Assembly (NCBI GenBank): GCA_036386615.1
Contig: DASVVH010000213.1
Location: forward strand, 1-35,922
Reading direction: 5' to 3'
Origin: Ardenticatenaceae bacterium
GTDB lineage: Bacteria; Chloroflexota; Anaerolineae; Ardenticatenales; Ardenticatenaceae
Length of the DNA stretch: 35,922 nt
Made by a program: the position numbers and the translations under genes. This document shows positions 7,651 through 17,054 of the stretch, piece by piece. Every line of letters starts with the position of its first letter. Positions within the stretch are counted from its first letter, which is position 1. Below the pieces are notes generated by a model that made no database searches, had not been told where the DNA came from, and worked only from the letters and a program-made list of their open reading frames with translations.

Positions 7651-9207
7651 CTAGGGCTGCCCCAGCGTGGCGAAGCGCGACCAGGAGAGATTGGTATGCT
7701 TCGCTGGCTCGTCCGTGATGCAGATGTTCTCGGCATCGTAGACCATGTGGGGGTTGCCGTCCGGGCCAAGGGCTAGCGAAACATCGTCACCCAGCGACCA
7801 GTGAGGGTCGGTCTCGCATATATCGTTAGGCAGAGGGGGGTCCGTCTGGTCCAGTTCCGCTTCAGAGTCAATGGGGAGGCTGAACCAGGTGGCGCTCGCA
7901 GTGTCGCAGTTGGCTTCACACCAGGCATAGTCCATCCCGACCTCGCTTGGATAGATGAAGCGCGGGCGATTCTGGCTGTCCAGAGCAAGGGCCACTCTCT
8001 TGAAGTTGTCCCCGCTCAGGCCAGCCAGATTGTACCAGTCCCAGTTGCTGGCCGAGGCGCAGTTGCTGTTGCAGGAGAAGTAGTAGGTCTGCTCCCACTC
8101 CAGTTCGCTCTCGTAATCCTCGGTTGGGCCGCTGTAGAGTACGACGCGGGGCAGGCCGTTCGCGGTGAGCCGCAGCGAGTAGCTGCCGTAGGAGCTGGCT
8201 ATCTCAGGCAGCAGCACCCGCTTCCAACTCGCCGTGTTCTGGCAGTTCGCGTCGCAGGCCATGTAGCCGAAGTTGGTCCGCCAGCCATCAGGCGTTTCGC
8301 GGGTGAACTGGAAGGCGAAGCGCGGGCGACCATCGCTCGTGACGGAGAGCGAGGGGAACTCCAGCGAGTCGTTCGAGACCCTGACCTCGGTCCAGTTGCC
8401 GGTATCGGTGCATTCGGCGTCGCAGAAGAGGTAGAAGGTGCCATGATGCTCCCCGTCCTGAATGGGGTCGTTGAAGACGAGGTGGGCGCGTCCGCTCGCG
8501 TCAATCGCAAACATGCGGTTGGAGCCGTAAGTAAGGTCGTCCACGCGCCCGATAGGCGCGACGGTAATGGTCCAGTTGTCGGGGTCAGTGCAGCCACCGT
8601 CACACTCGGCGTAGCGGAAGCCATCCAGCGTCTCCCACATGAGGCGGGGCCGTCCCTGCGGGTCGAGCGCGATATTGCCGTAGCGGGCGAACTCGTCCTC
8701 GTTGGCGGCGGGGAGGGCAATCGCGGTGAAGTCTTCCTGGCTGGCACACTCGCCCGCGCAGTAGGCGTAGTAGATGGACTGCGGCTCAAAGAGCCAGCTT
8801 TGGAAAGGCTCGTAGACGACGTGCATCCCACCTTCAGCGTCCACCGCGAGCGCGGGGTCCTTGATATTCTCCGGCGCATCGGCTGTTCCCAGGGGGAGCC
8901 AGTCGGCAACCGCCGCTTCGGGGGTTGGTTCTTCCGTAGGCGTAGCGGTAACGGTAGGGGTGACAGTAGGCTCTGACCCCGGCTCGGTGGCGGTAGCGGT
9001 GGCGGTGGGTGTCGCAGGCGGTGTAGTCACCCCCCCACCGCTCACGCGCATGACGAGCGGCACGTAGAGTGGGTTGCCCCCGGTGGGTATCGCCGGGCTT
9101 GCCATGACCTGCGCGGCCAGGGCCTGCAAGACGAGCAGCGCGAGAAGCAGCGTGAGTCCGAAAAAGAGGCCACTGTGAAATTTACGGTTCATCCTCAATC
9201 CTTTCAT
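7651..9207 (-). CDS. Secreted protein: signal peptide, Pro/Thr linker and six to seven tandem ~55-aa repeats carrying a Y-x-x-C-x3-C-x4-6-W motif (beta-propeller-like)
   Basis: The N-terminus is a signal peptide (..LLLALLVLQALAAQVMA). Six copies of the motif are present: YAYCAGECASQEDF, YAECDGGCTDPDNW, LFCDAECTDTGNW, YMACDANCQNTASW, YFSCNSNCASASNW and YAWCEANCDTASATW. Each follows a D..G+P+ strand motif. ATG 9192 (MNRKF...) is an alternative start with AAGGA upstream. Confidence 0.8.
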   Translation of the reverse strand: MKGLRMNRKFHSGLFFGLTLLLALLVLQALAAQVMASPAIPTGGNPLYVPLVMRVSGGGVTTPPATPTATATATEPGSEPTVTPTVTATPTEEPTPEAAVADWLPLGTADAPENIKDPALAVDAEGGMHVVYEPFQSWLFEPQSIYYAYCAGECASQEDFTAIALPAANEDEFARYGNIALDPQGRPRLMWETLDGFRYAECDGGCTDPDNWTITVAPIGRVDDLTYGSNRMFAIDASGRAHLVFNDPIQDGEHHGTFYLFCDAECTDTGNWTEVRVSNDSLEFPSLSVTSDGRPRFAFQFTRETPDGWRTNFGYMACDANCQNTASWKRVLLPEIASSYGSYSLRLTANGLPRVVLYSGPTEDYESELEWEQTYYFSCNSNCASASNWDWYNLAGLSGDNFKRVALALDSQNRPRFIYPSEVGMDYAWCEANCDTASATWFSLPIDSEAELDQTDPPLPNDICETDPHWSLGDDVSLALGPDGNPHMVYDAENICITDEPAKHTNLSWSRFATLGQP

Positions 9208-9375
9208 TCGCGGGGGGAGCGCTGGCGCGGGAGCCGTTGTAAGGGCACCACCAGCTTATGCAGACACTGTAGCAAAGCCTGCGTTTGAAAGGTGTGAGAA
9301 GGGGCGTTTGAAATGCCGTTTGATGCGCGTCTTTTGGACGAAAGCTGAAAGACGCACTTCGCGCCCTGAATAGGC

Positions 9376-10185
9376 TTATCGGGTGGGGAGGGCGCGCCAC
9401 TGGCGGCGCACCTCGTAGAGGAGGAGGGCCGTCGCTATGCCGAGGTTCAGCGAGTCGGCAGTGCCGTGCATGGGGATACTTACGGTTCGGGGAAGGGCAT
9501 CGAGGAGGTCGTGGGGCAGGCCGTGCGCCTCGGACCCCATGAGGACGAGCACGGCTTGGGGATAGCTCGCGGCCCAGTACTCCTGCTCGGCCCGGTCTGA
9601 GGTGCCGACGACAGCAACGCCTGCGCCCCGGCACCAGTCGAGCAGCGTTTCCACCTGCGGCACGGGCACGAGGGGCATGGAAAAGATGGTGCTCGCGCTG
9701 GCCTTGACGGCGCTGGGATGAAAAGGGTCCACCGTCTGCCCGACGAGGAAGATGGCCGTGCCACCAACGGCGTCCATCGTGCGGATGATGGTGCCGAGGT
9801 TGCCGGGGTCGCTCACGCCGTGCAGGGCTAGATAGAGGCCGCTCGGTTCGGGGTGCAGGGTGTCGAGCGCCAGCAGCCGCCGCTCGACGAGCGCCAGGAG
9901 GCCCACCGGGTTGTCACGCTCGGATAGCGTTTCAAAGAGCGAGGCCGAAACAGCCTCGCAGCGCACCCCGCGCCCCTCCGCCGCGCGAACCGCGTCAAGG
10001 GCAAGCTCGCTCGTCAGCAAGTCTGGGGCATAAACGATGACGTTTATCGCCGCGCCCGATTCTACAGCCTCCACCACGCCCTGAATACCCTCGACCACGA
10101 AGAGGCCGCTCTCCTCCCGCGCCCGTTTATCTAGCCTCAAACGTAGAATCTCTTTGATGAGTGGGTTCTGCGCGCTGGTAATCAT
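9376..10185 (-). CDS. TrmH/SpoU-family RNA 2'-O-methyltransferase (group 3, RlmB-like)
   Basis: MITSAQNPLIKEILRLRLDKRAREESGLFVVEG..., then SpoU motifs (GVSDPGNLGTIIRTMDAVG, LVLMGSEAHGL, IPMHG.ADSLNLGIATALLLYE). The N-terminal 30 codons of the longest ORF (to 10275) translate the intergenic repeat and are rejected. Confidence 0.88.
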   Translation of the reverse strand: MITSAQNPLIKEILRLRLDKRAREESGLFVVEGIQGVVEAVESGAAINVIVYAPDLLTSELALDAVRAAEGRGVRCEAVSASLFETLSERDNPVGLLALVERRLLALDTLHPEPSGLYLALHGVSDPGNLGTIIRTMDAVGGTAIFLVGQTVDPFHPSAVKASASTIFSMPLVPVPQVETLLDWCRGAGVAVVGTSDRAEQEYWAASYPQAVLVLMGSEAHGLPHDLLDALPRTVSIPMHGTADSLNLGIATALLLYEVRRQWRALPTR

Positions 10186-10383
<198 letters not shown>

Positions 10384-11055
10384 TCAGAGCGCTTCCGGCT
10401 CAACCTCCAGCAGTGCCTGAAGGCCCCAGTTGGGGTCGAGGGTGGCGCGGGCGAAGAGATTATTGGCGACGATGAAGGTCTCCTTGCTCTCCTTGCGCGT
10501 GGCGTCGGGGTCGAAGGCGGTGACGCGGCGAAAGTAGCGTTTCGAGAGGGCAAGCAGCATGTCGAAGTCCTCACCCCCGAAGACCTTGGTGACGAAGTTC
10601 CCGCCCTTGCGGAGCAGTTGCAGGGCGAGGGTGAGCGCGAAGAGGCTCAGTTCGACGGAGCGGGCGTGGTCCGTCACCTGCACCCCTGTCGTGCTGGGCG
10701 CGATGTCGGAGATGACAGTGTTGAAGAGGTCAGCGCCCGCCGCCTCCTCGATTTGGGCGCGGACGACAGCCTCGCGGATGTCTCCCTTGATGATGGTGAC
10801 GCCGGGAAGGGGCTGAATCGCCTGAAGGTCCACCGCGACCACGAGGCCCCTGTCACCCACCAACTCCCGCGTCACCTGGCTCCAACTGCCCGGAGCCGCG
10901 CCGATGTCCAGCACCCTATCACCCGACCGGATAACGCGGTACTTGTCGTTTATCTCCTGGAGCTTGTACGCCGAGCGCGCCCGGTAGCCCTCGGCCTTCG
11001 CCTGCCGGAAATAGCGGTCCTGCCCCTGGTTGCGCCGCCATTGCTTGTTAGCCAT
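10384..11055 (-). CDS. rlmE: 23S rRNA (uridine-2'-O)-methyltransferase RlmE/FtsJ
   Basis: The N-terminus DRYFRQAKAEGYRARSAYKLQEINDKYRVIRSGDRVLDIGAAPGSWSQV is the canonical FtsJ/RlmE N-terminus with its SAM motif. Confidence 0.92.
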   Translation of the reverse strand: MANKQWRRNQGQDRYFRQAKAEGYRARSAYKLQEINDKYRVIRSGDRVLDIGAAPGSWSQVTRELVGDRGLVVAVDLQAIQPLPGVTIIKGDIREAVVRAQIEEAAGADLFNTVISDIAPSTTGVQVTDHARSVELSLFALTLALQLLRKGGNFVTKVFGGEDFDMLLALSKRYFRRVTAFDPDATRKESKETFIVANNLFARATLDPNWGLQALLEVEPEAL

Positions 11056-11058
11056 TCC

Positions 11059-11958
11059 TCAATCCCTGCTGCGCCAGCGCGCGAAGATGGAAGTCGAGAG
11101 GAGCCGCCCGCCGCTCTGCTCCTTCAGGGCCAACTCGCCCGCCTCCAACTCGCCGCCGAACGGCCCCGTAATCTCCGCTAGCATGTTGTAGAGCACGGTG
11201 GCGCTATCCGAAACAGCGTAGGCGTTGATGAGCACGAAGAGGGGGCGGGGAGTGAGAATCTTCGCCACTTCAGCCAGAATTTCCGGCGTGGCCTCGCTGA
11301 AGCGCCAGATTTCGCCCTTCGGCCCGCGCCCGAAGGCCGGGGGGTCGAGGATAACGCCATCGTACTGGGAGCCGCGCCGCACCTCGCGCCTGACGAATTT
11401 CATTGCGTCCTCGATGAGCCAGCGAATCGGCTTATCGTCCAGGTTGGAGAGGCGCTGGTTCTCGCGCGCCCACGTCATCGCCGGGCGGGAGGCGTCTACG
11501 TGCGTCACCTGCGCGCCCGCCGCCGCCGCCGAGAGCGTGGCGAGGCCCGTGTAGCCGAAGAGGTTGAGCACGCGCGGGGTGCCGCGCCGCCGGATGAGGT
11601 CGGCGCACCACTCCCAGTTCACCGCCTGCTCCGGGAAGAGGCCCGTGTGCTTGAAAGGCGTCAGGCGGGCATGGAACCGCAGGTCGCCATAGCGCATCGT
11701 CCAGGGTTCTTCGATAGGCCGCTCCTTGAGCCACTGGCCCTGCCCTTCCGGCAGGTCGCTGAAGCGCTCGAAGCGGGCGTGCGCCTTCTGCCACTCGCGC
11801 TCCGGCAAGGCGCGCCGCCAGAGGGCGTGCGGCTCCGGGCGGGCAACGGTATAGGGGCCGAAGCGTTCCAGCCGCGACCCGTCGCCCGAATCGAGCAGGG
11901 CGTACTCTTCCCATGTGGTCGGCCACGCGAGGGCCAGCCGTGCTTGCATCGCTCTCAT
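11059..11958 (-). CDS. Class I SAM-dependent methyltransferase of the RlmI/RlmK C-terminal type (PF10672-like)
   Basis: YALLDSGDGSRLERFGPY..., VLNLFGYTGLATLSAA and ILDPPAFGRG are characteristic of the family. I place the start at ATG 11958, with 11949 as an alternative. The longer ORF to 12186 translates repeat DNA. The stop lies 3 nt from the rlmE start. Confidence 0.85.
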   Translation of the reverse strand: MRAMQARLALAWPTTWEEYALLDSGDGSRLERFGPYTVARPEPHALWRRALPEREWQKAHARFERFSDLPEGQGQWLKERPIEEPWTMRYGDLRFHARLTPFKHTGLFPEQAVNWEWCADLIRRRGTPRVLNLFGYTGLATLSAAAAGAQVTHVDASRPAMTWARENQRLSNLDDKPIRWLIEDAMKFVRREVRRGSQYDGVILDPPAFGRGPKGEIWRFSEATPEILAEVAKILTPRPLFVLINAYAVSDSATVLYNMLAEITGPFGGELEAGELALKEQSGGRLLSTSIFARWRSRD

Positions 11959-12008
11959 CCTGAATCGTGAGGTGTCGCGCCGCCTCCAAGCAATTGCTAT
12001 TCCAGATA

Positions 12009-12128
12009 GCGACGACCGACGGACGACGACCGACGACCGACGACCGACGACCGCTAACGGCTTACGGAAAACGGCATAACGCACCAACAGTAGGCGCTCC
12101 AGGCGAAGGCGCAAGGACGCAAAGGGGG
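12009..12128. repeat. Mosaic intergenic repeat, module F1 alone
   Basis: GACGACC heptamer x6, then gctaacgg...aacggcataacgcaccaacagtaggcgct, then GCAAGGAC-type octamers. A 28-nt block is identical to the reverse complement of 13012-13039. Confidence 0.88.
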
Positions 12129-12218
12129 TATGACGTGAACTCCCCGGAGGGGAGTGGCGAAAGTGGTAGCCGGGGTGGAGCCGCATGCCGTTCGCGGCGC
12201 AACCCCCGGTGGCTGGCG

Positions 12219-12782
12219 TTATAGGAGCGCCGCGCGGCGGACCAGCAGTTCGCCAAAGAGGGCGCGGGCCGCCTCCGTCTCGAAGGAGGCGAGGGTGACG
12301 CTCTCCCAGAACTCGTTGAGGTTGCGCTGTCCCGCCTGCTCGTAGTGGAACGCCTGAAGCATCATGTCGAGCCTGTCGGCCTCCTTGACCAGTCGGGCCT
12401 CGTCGCTCGTGCCGTCGTTGTAAGCCTCCCAGGAGGCTAGATAGTCGGCGGCAAGCGGGAAATCCGCCACAATCGCTTCCATCGCCGCCCGCTCCGCCGC
12501 GTGCTTGTACTCCGTCGGCAGAAAGCGGCTCAGGGGTGCGGGCAGGTCGCCAACGAGGCTCTCCGCGAGGTCGTGCAGGGTAGCGAGACGCAGGGCGGCG
12601 AGTTTGTCCAGGGGGCGCGGGTCGAGGTCGAGGAGGAGCATCGTGAGAAAGACGACGCCGTAGCTGTGCGCGGCGACGTTCTCGGCCTGCCCGCCGAGGG
12701 GAGCGCCGCGCATCTGCCAGCCAGAGCGCGGCACCCGTTTTAATTGTGTGGCGGAGAGGGCAACGTCGAGAAGATGGGGCAT
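12219..12782 (-). CDS. HD-domain phosphohydrolase (YfbR-like 5'-deoxynucleotidase family)
   Basis: LKRVPRSGW...ENVAAHSYGV...ATLHDLAESLVGDLP shows the H...HD...D metal-binding pattern. The start is ATG 12782, with GAAAGG 8 nt upstream. The longest ORF (to 12956) runs into repeat DNA. Confidence 0.85.
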   Translation of the reverse strand: MPHLLDVALSATQLKRVPRSGWQMRGAPLGGQAENVAAHSYGVVFLTMLLLDLDPRPLDKLAALRLATLHDLAESLVGDLPAPLSRFLPTEYKHAAERAAMEAIVADFPLAADYLASWEAYNDGTSDEARLVKEADRLDMMLQAFHYEQAGQRNLNEFWESVTLASFETEAARALFGELLVRRAALL

Positions 12783-12860
12783 AAATCGAACCTTTCGTAT
12801 CGCCAGAGGATAATAGAATGCAACGCGCAATCCCGAAAATGGCTCGGCTGACGAAGGGTG

Positions 12861-13087
12861 AACGGATGCGAGATGTGAGATGCGGGATAACGGATTTTCA
12901 CCACAAAGACACAAAGAACACAGCCAACGGTAGGCGCTTGAGGCGAGTACGGCCACAAAGCATTATTTCGTTCTTCAAACAATTCCCTTTGCGTCCTTGC
13001 GTCCTCGCCTCAAGCGCCTACTGTTGGTGCGTTATGCCGTTATCCGCAAGTCGTTAACGGTCGTCGGTCGTCCGTCGGTCGTCGTCC
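12861..13087. repeat. Composite mosaic repeat (F2 plus reverse-complemented F1) with an internal 24-nt inverted repeat
   Basis: It has the same module order as 10186-10383. In addition, ccaacggtaggcgcttgaggcgag (12924-12947) pairs with ctcgcctcaagcgcctactgttgg (13004-13027) at 23 of 24 positions, and gataacgg is mirrored by ccgttatc. Confidence 0.9.
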
Positions 13088-13189
13088 TTTTCAGAGACGT
13101 GGGCACATATCCTGCAAGCGATTTCCGTGTTAAACTAGGCACAAGACCCACCATTGTGTAGTGGCGACCATCCGAGAGGAGGCACGGTC

Positions 13190-13759
13190 ATGTCAGATGT
13201 GACGGACAGAACCAGCAACGAGGGCGACGAGGGGACGAACCTCGCCAGTCTGGCTGCGGCGGCGCATGAAGACCCGCAGAAACAGGGATGGCTGCAAGGC
13301 GAAGTGCGAGTTCACCAGATGGAAGCAGGTGAGGTACTGGTGGAGACGGACCAGCCACCGCCCGAATACAAGCCCACGCGTGGTGAGCAAGAGGCTGACC
13401 TCACGGACACCAGCGTGCAGCAGTATCCATCTGTCGTGACGGCCCACTTCCCCGACCAGGCGAGCGGTGAGCGGGCGCTGGCGCAGCTACAGCAGATGAC
13501 CTTCGAGCGGACCCAGGCCATCCAGTTCTTCGGGAAGGAAAGCCCCGACGCGCCCGGTGACACGCAACAGGACCCGGGGCTTGCGCCGGGCGAGACGGCT
13601 ATCATCGTGCAGTTGGACAGCGAGGAGCAGGGGCCGGAGGTACTGCGAATCTTCGAGTCGGTGGGCGCGAAACATGCCCGCCACTACCCAGCCGAAACGC
13701 TGGGCACGGCCCACCGCAACCTGACGGAGAACGACCCCGACGAATTGACGGCGGTATAA
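13190..13759 (+). CDS. Acidic hypothetical protein
   Basis: ATG 13190 has GAGAGGAGG 7 nt upstream. Third-position GC is high. I recognise no family. Confidence 0.6.
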   Translation: MSDVTDRTSNEGDEGTNLASLAAAAHEDPQKQGWLQGEVRVHQMEAGEVLVETDQPPPEYKPTRGEQEADLTDTSVQQYPSVVTAHFPDQASGERALAQLQQMTFERTQAIQFFGKESPDAPGDTQQDPGLAPGETAIIVQLDSEEQGPEVLRIFESVGAKHARHYPAETLGTAHRNLTENDPDELTAV

Positions 13760-13778
13760 AGAGGCGGCTCAAGACGAG

Positions 13779-13815
13779 AAGACCCCTTCCACACTATGGA
13801 AGGGGTCTTTTGCTG
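13779..13815. terminator. Hairpin terminator between convergent genes
   Basis: aagaccccttcc (13779-13790) pairs with ggaaggggtctt (13798-13809), with a 7-nt loop. It is followed by ttgctgt. Confidence 0.65.
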
Positions 13816-13837
13816 TCGCAGGGGCCAGAGTCCAGGC

Positions 13838-14197
13838 TCAGGCGCTGAAACGTTCGACGGCATTCAGAAGGTCGAAGATGTCAAAGGGTTTCGCCAGGAA
13901 CCCTTCCGCCTCGATCTCCTGCGACCACCGGAAGGCATCCTGCGCGGCAGTCATGACGAGGATGGGCAGCTTGATGCCCCGCTCCTGCAAGGCCCGCGCG
14001 AAGCCCCACCCGTCGAGGATGGGCATTCGCATATCCAGGAGGATGAGCGAGGGTTCCGTGTGTTCAAGCACGAGCAGCCCTTCGAGGCCGTTGCTGGCCG
14101 TCTCGACAGGGTAGCCCTCGAATTTAAGGATTTCCGCGACGGTTTCGAGGATAGAAGGATCGTCGTCTATGATGAGGATAGGCCCATCAGCCCCCAT
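13838..14197 (-). CDS. Single-domain CheY-like response regulator (receiver only)
   Basis: ILIIDDDPSILETVAEILKFEGY...LILLDMRMPILDGWGF...LPILVMTA...AKPF shows the DD...D...T...K receiver pattern. The start ATG 14197 overlaps the kinase stop by 11 nt. Confidence 0.9.
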   Translation of the reverse strand: MGADGPILIIDDDPSILETVAEILKFEGYPVETASNGLEGLLVLEHTEPSLILLDMRMPILDGWGFARALQERGIKLPILVMTAAQDAFRWSQEIEAEGFLAKPFDIFDLLNAVERFSA

Positions 14198-16043
14198 GCT
14201 CGCCTCCGTTGGCAGAAAGGGGTAATTCAACGTGGAAGGTACTCCCCTGGTTCGGGTTACTGCTGGCCCAGATTCGCCCGCCGTGCTGCTCCGCGATGCC
14301 CTGACAGATGAAGAGGCCCAGCCCCATCCCCGCGAACTGGCGGTCATCCACGTTTCCGCCCCGGTAGAAGCGGTCGAAGAGGTGGGGCACGTCGGTTGCC
14401 GGGATGCCAATGCCGCTATCACTCACCGTCAGGCACGCCATCCGGCCATCTTCATTCGGCCAGACCTTCACCTCAATCGGCCCACCCTCAGGGCTGTACT
14501 TGACGGCGTTCTCCACGAGATTTTCCAGTAGCTGTTCGATGCGCGTGCGGTCCCACTCCCCGACGACAGCGGCCCCATTGGTTTCAAGTTGGTAGGGGTG
14601 TCGCCGCGAATCGTGCCGCTGACCGACTTGTTGCGCCAGCGCGGCCAGGTCAACCCGCTCACGCGTGCCGACGAGCCGCCCCTGCTCGGCGCGGGAGGCG
14701 TCGAGTAGCTCCAGCACGAGATTCTTGAGCCGAATCGCCTCGCGCTCCATCCGTTGCAGGGCCGCCACATCTGCCGGGGCGTCAGGCATGCGCGTGGCGC
14801 GGCGCAGCATGAGCTGCGTCTGCGCGACCAGCGTCGTCAGCGGCGTCTTCAGGTCGTGGGCCGCCGCCGAGAGGAAATCGTCCTTCAGGCGCGCCGCCTC
14901 CTCGCGGCCCCGCACGCGCGCCGCCTCATCTATGAGGGCGCGGCTTTCCAGAATGACGGCGGCCTGATCGGCGAGGAGCTTGACCAGTTCCAGGTCGTCC
15001 TCGGCGAAGATGGGGGCGCGGGGCGAGTAGGCGGAGAGAACGCCCAACCGTCTCTCTCCGGCAGTGATGGGCGCGGAGAGGGTCGCCTGACTGCGGTAGT
15101 TACTAACCACCTCGGCGTAATCAGGGTTGTCCCGTAAAGTGTTGGCGCTGAACGCGGGCTGCTGCGTGATCCATGCTCGCCCTGCTGGCAGCTTCGGGTC
15201 AGGCTTGTAGTCAAGCGGGGTGCCATCCGGCATTTCGAAGCGCAACACCTCTTTTTCCTCGTCCCACAGCCCAATGCTGGCGTTAGGTGCCCCGGTAGAG
15301 GCGGCAGCCCCACGCTCCAGTTCGGTGATAATCGCTTCCGTCGTAGGCAGGCGGGGCAGGCTGGCGGCACGGCTGAGGAAGGCACGCAGTTCCGGCTCCT
15401 GCCACGCGCGGCGCAAAAATGCAGGTGGCGCAAAGCCAATAAAGTAGCTGATGCCGGAGGCGAGACCCAGTGTCTGACTGAGCACGTCCCACAGAGGTTC
15501 CAGACCAGGCATTGCCGTTCTGGGAGCAATCACGAGGATGTTGAGTCCAAGTAAGAGCGACCCTGCCGCGATGGCCCACATGCGGCGTTGGGTCACGCCC
15601 GATGTGCGGCGCGCCTCCCGCACGAACATGAGCGCGCCGTATAGCTGGAAGCCAACGAGATAGAGAATTTGCAGCAGAGTGAGCCAGCCTGGGGACTCAT
15701 CCCACAGGAACAGTCCCAGGCTCAACACCAGCCAACCTGCCCCTGCCACGTAGACGAGATAGCGGGGAATCTCCGCGAAGTCGTCCAGCAGGCGGATCAG
15801 CAGGTAGGCAAGCCCCAGAATGAGCGTGCCGTTGACGGCAGCAATGAGCCGGGTGGAAGTAATGAGGTGAATAGCGGGCAAAGCCGCCGCGCTCAAGGCG
15901 ATAACAATTGTGGTCGCGGCGAAAAAGAGCGCGATATCTATGTTCGTGCGCTCAGGTCGGCGGATGGCCCTGGCCGCGACAGCCAGGAATATCAGGACGT
16001 AGACCACCCAGGTGAGATAGGTAACGAATTCCTCGGCGCTCAT
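14187..16043 (-). CDS. Sensor histidine kinase: about 7 TM helices, GAF-like domain, HisKA, HATPase_c
   Basis: Seven hydrophobic segments lie in the first ~210 aa. The H-box is SAAAHDLKTPL, and the N/G boxes include NAVKYSP and DSGIGIP...GMGLGLFI. Confidence 0.9.
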   Translation of the reverse strand: MSAEEFVTYLTWVVYVLIFLAVAARAIRRPERTNIDIALFFAATTIVIALSAAALPAIHLITSTRLIAAVNGTLILGLAYLLIRLLDDFAEIPRYLVYVAGAGWLVLSLGLFLWDESPGWLTLLQILYLVGFQLYGALMFVREARRTSGVTQRRMWAIAAGSLLLGLNILVIAPRTAMPGLEPLWDVLSQTLGLASGISYFIGFAPPAFLRRAWQEPELRAFLSRAASLPRLPTTEAIITELERGAAASTGAPNASIGLWDEEKEVLRFEMPDGTPLDYKPDPKLPAGRAWITQQPAFSANTLRDNPDYAEVVSNYRSQATLSAPITAGERRLGVLSAYSPRAPIFAEDDLELVKLLADQAAVILESRALIDEAARVRGREEAARLKDDFLSAAAHDLKTPLTTLVAQTQLMLRRATRMPDAPADVAALQRMEREAIRLKNLVLELLDASRAEQGRLVGTRERVDLAALAQQVGQRHDSRRHPYQLETNGAAVVGEWDRTRIEQLLENLVENAVKYSPEGGPIEVKVWPNEDGRMACLTVSDSGIGIPATDVPHLFDRFYRGGNVDDRQFAGMGLGLFICQGIAEQHGGRIWASSNPNQGSTFHVELPLSANGGEHGG

Positions 16044-16315
16044 AACCAGGAGTTCCTCATCTTACACCCTTTGTCGCTAGCAATATGTGCGCCTTCAATG
16101 TAGAAGATGCACGGGTCTCAGGTGAATGGAGCCATTCTACCAGCTTTGTACAGAGATTGCCACTACCCAATTGAACTAGCTGATAGTATTAATGATGAAG
16201 ACTCATCTATCAATCATCTGCGGAGAAGATGAAACGGCTGATGTGCCATGTAGGAATATCTCGGCAGGTTGTTTTTGAGCCGACTTGCACTTTCAGCTTG
16301 GCGCAATCACTTTAT

Positions 16316-16364
16316 GTCAACAAATGCCAACATCTATCGCCCTTCAATGTTGGCATTTGTTGGC
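16316..16364 (+). promoter_or_regulatory. Perfect 16-bp (extendable to 18-bp) hairpin in the long low-GC region upstream of mgtC
   Basis: caacaaatgccaacat (16318-16333) is the exact reverse complement of atgttggcatttgttg (16347-16362), with a 13-nt loop. A second GC hairpin, ggcgggc/gcccgcc, lies at 16497-16515. Confidence 0.45.
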
Positions 16365-16565
16365 TTTGCTTCACATAACTATGGCCTGCGCCTACCCCAG
16401 CACAGCAACCTGTTATAACTTGAAGGACGTGTAGCCTAGCTTGGTCGGTGAGATTGGCAGGGAATATGCTTACTGCTGTTGATGCTCCTGTTCCTTGGCG
16501 GGCACGCTGCCCGCCATTATGCCCTCACCTTTGAAGCGGTGTCGGCTCACCCTCTGGAGGACCGC

Positions 16566-17051
16566 ATGAGTGAGAACGAAATCGGCGCGCTCAGTTTGGA
16601 GATGATCCTCGTTCGGCTCCTCGCAGCCGCCGTAGTTGGAGGCATGATTGGATACGAGCGGCACCTGCACCGCAAATCTATAGGCATCATGGGCATGGTC
16701 CTCGTGGCGGTGGGCAGCGCGACCTACATGATGCTTGCCAAGCACATATCCGCTACGGACCCCTCGGCGTTGGGCCGCGCCCTTCAGGGAATCGTTGGTG
16801 GAATGGGTTTCCTCGGCGGGGCTGTCATCTTCAAGGGCGGAACCGACGTGAAGGGCATCAAGTCGGCGGCTGCCATCTGGATTACGGGCGCTATCGGGAT
16901 GGCGATTGGGACGTGGTTCTGGCTTCTGGGGGTCATCGTGGGGGTCGCCACCGCCGTCGCGCTGTTCGTCGCCGACCTCGTTCCCGTGCCGGTGCCGGAG
17001 GAAGTCAAAGAAGCGATGGAGGAGAAGGAAAAGAAGGAAGCGGGAGATTGA
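16566..17051 (+). CDS. MgtC/SapB-family membrane protein
   Basis: LVRLLAAAVVGGMIGYERHLHRKSIG... is typical of the MgtC N-terminal domain. ATG 16566 has GGAGGA upstream. The C-terminal tail is acidic. Confidence 0.88.
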   Translation: MSENEIGALSLEMILVRLLAAAVVGGMIGYERHLHRKSIGIMGMVLVAVGSATYMMLAKHISATDPSALGRALQGIVGGMGFLGGAVIFKGGTDVKGIKSAAAIWITGAIGMAIGTWFWLLGVIVGVATAVALFVADLVPVPVPEEVKEAMEEKEKKEAGD

Positions 17052-17054
17052 ATC

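Noticed and set aside
16044-16565. An M-box (Mg2+) riboswitch upstream of mgtC.
   Set aside because: I could not find the conserved M-box core sequences by eye. Only generic hairpins are present. This needs a covariance-model scan before any claim.
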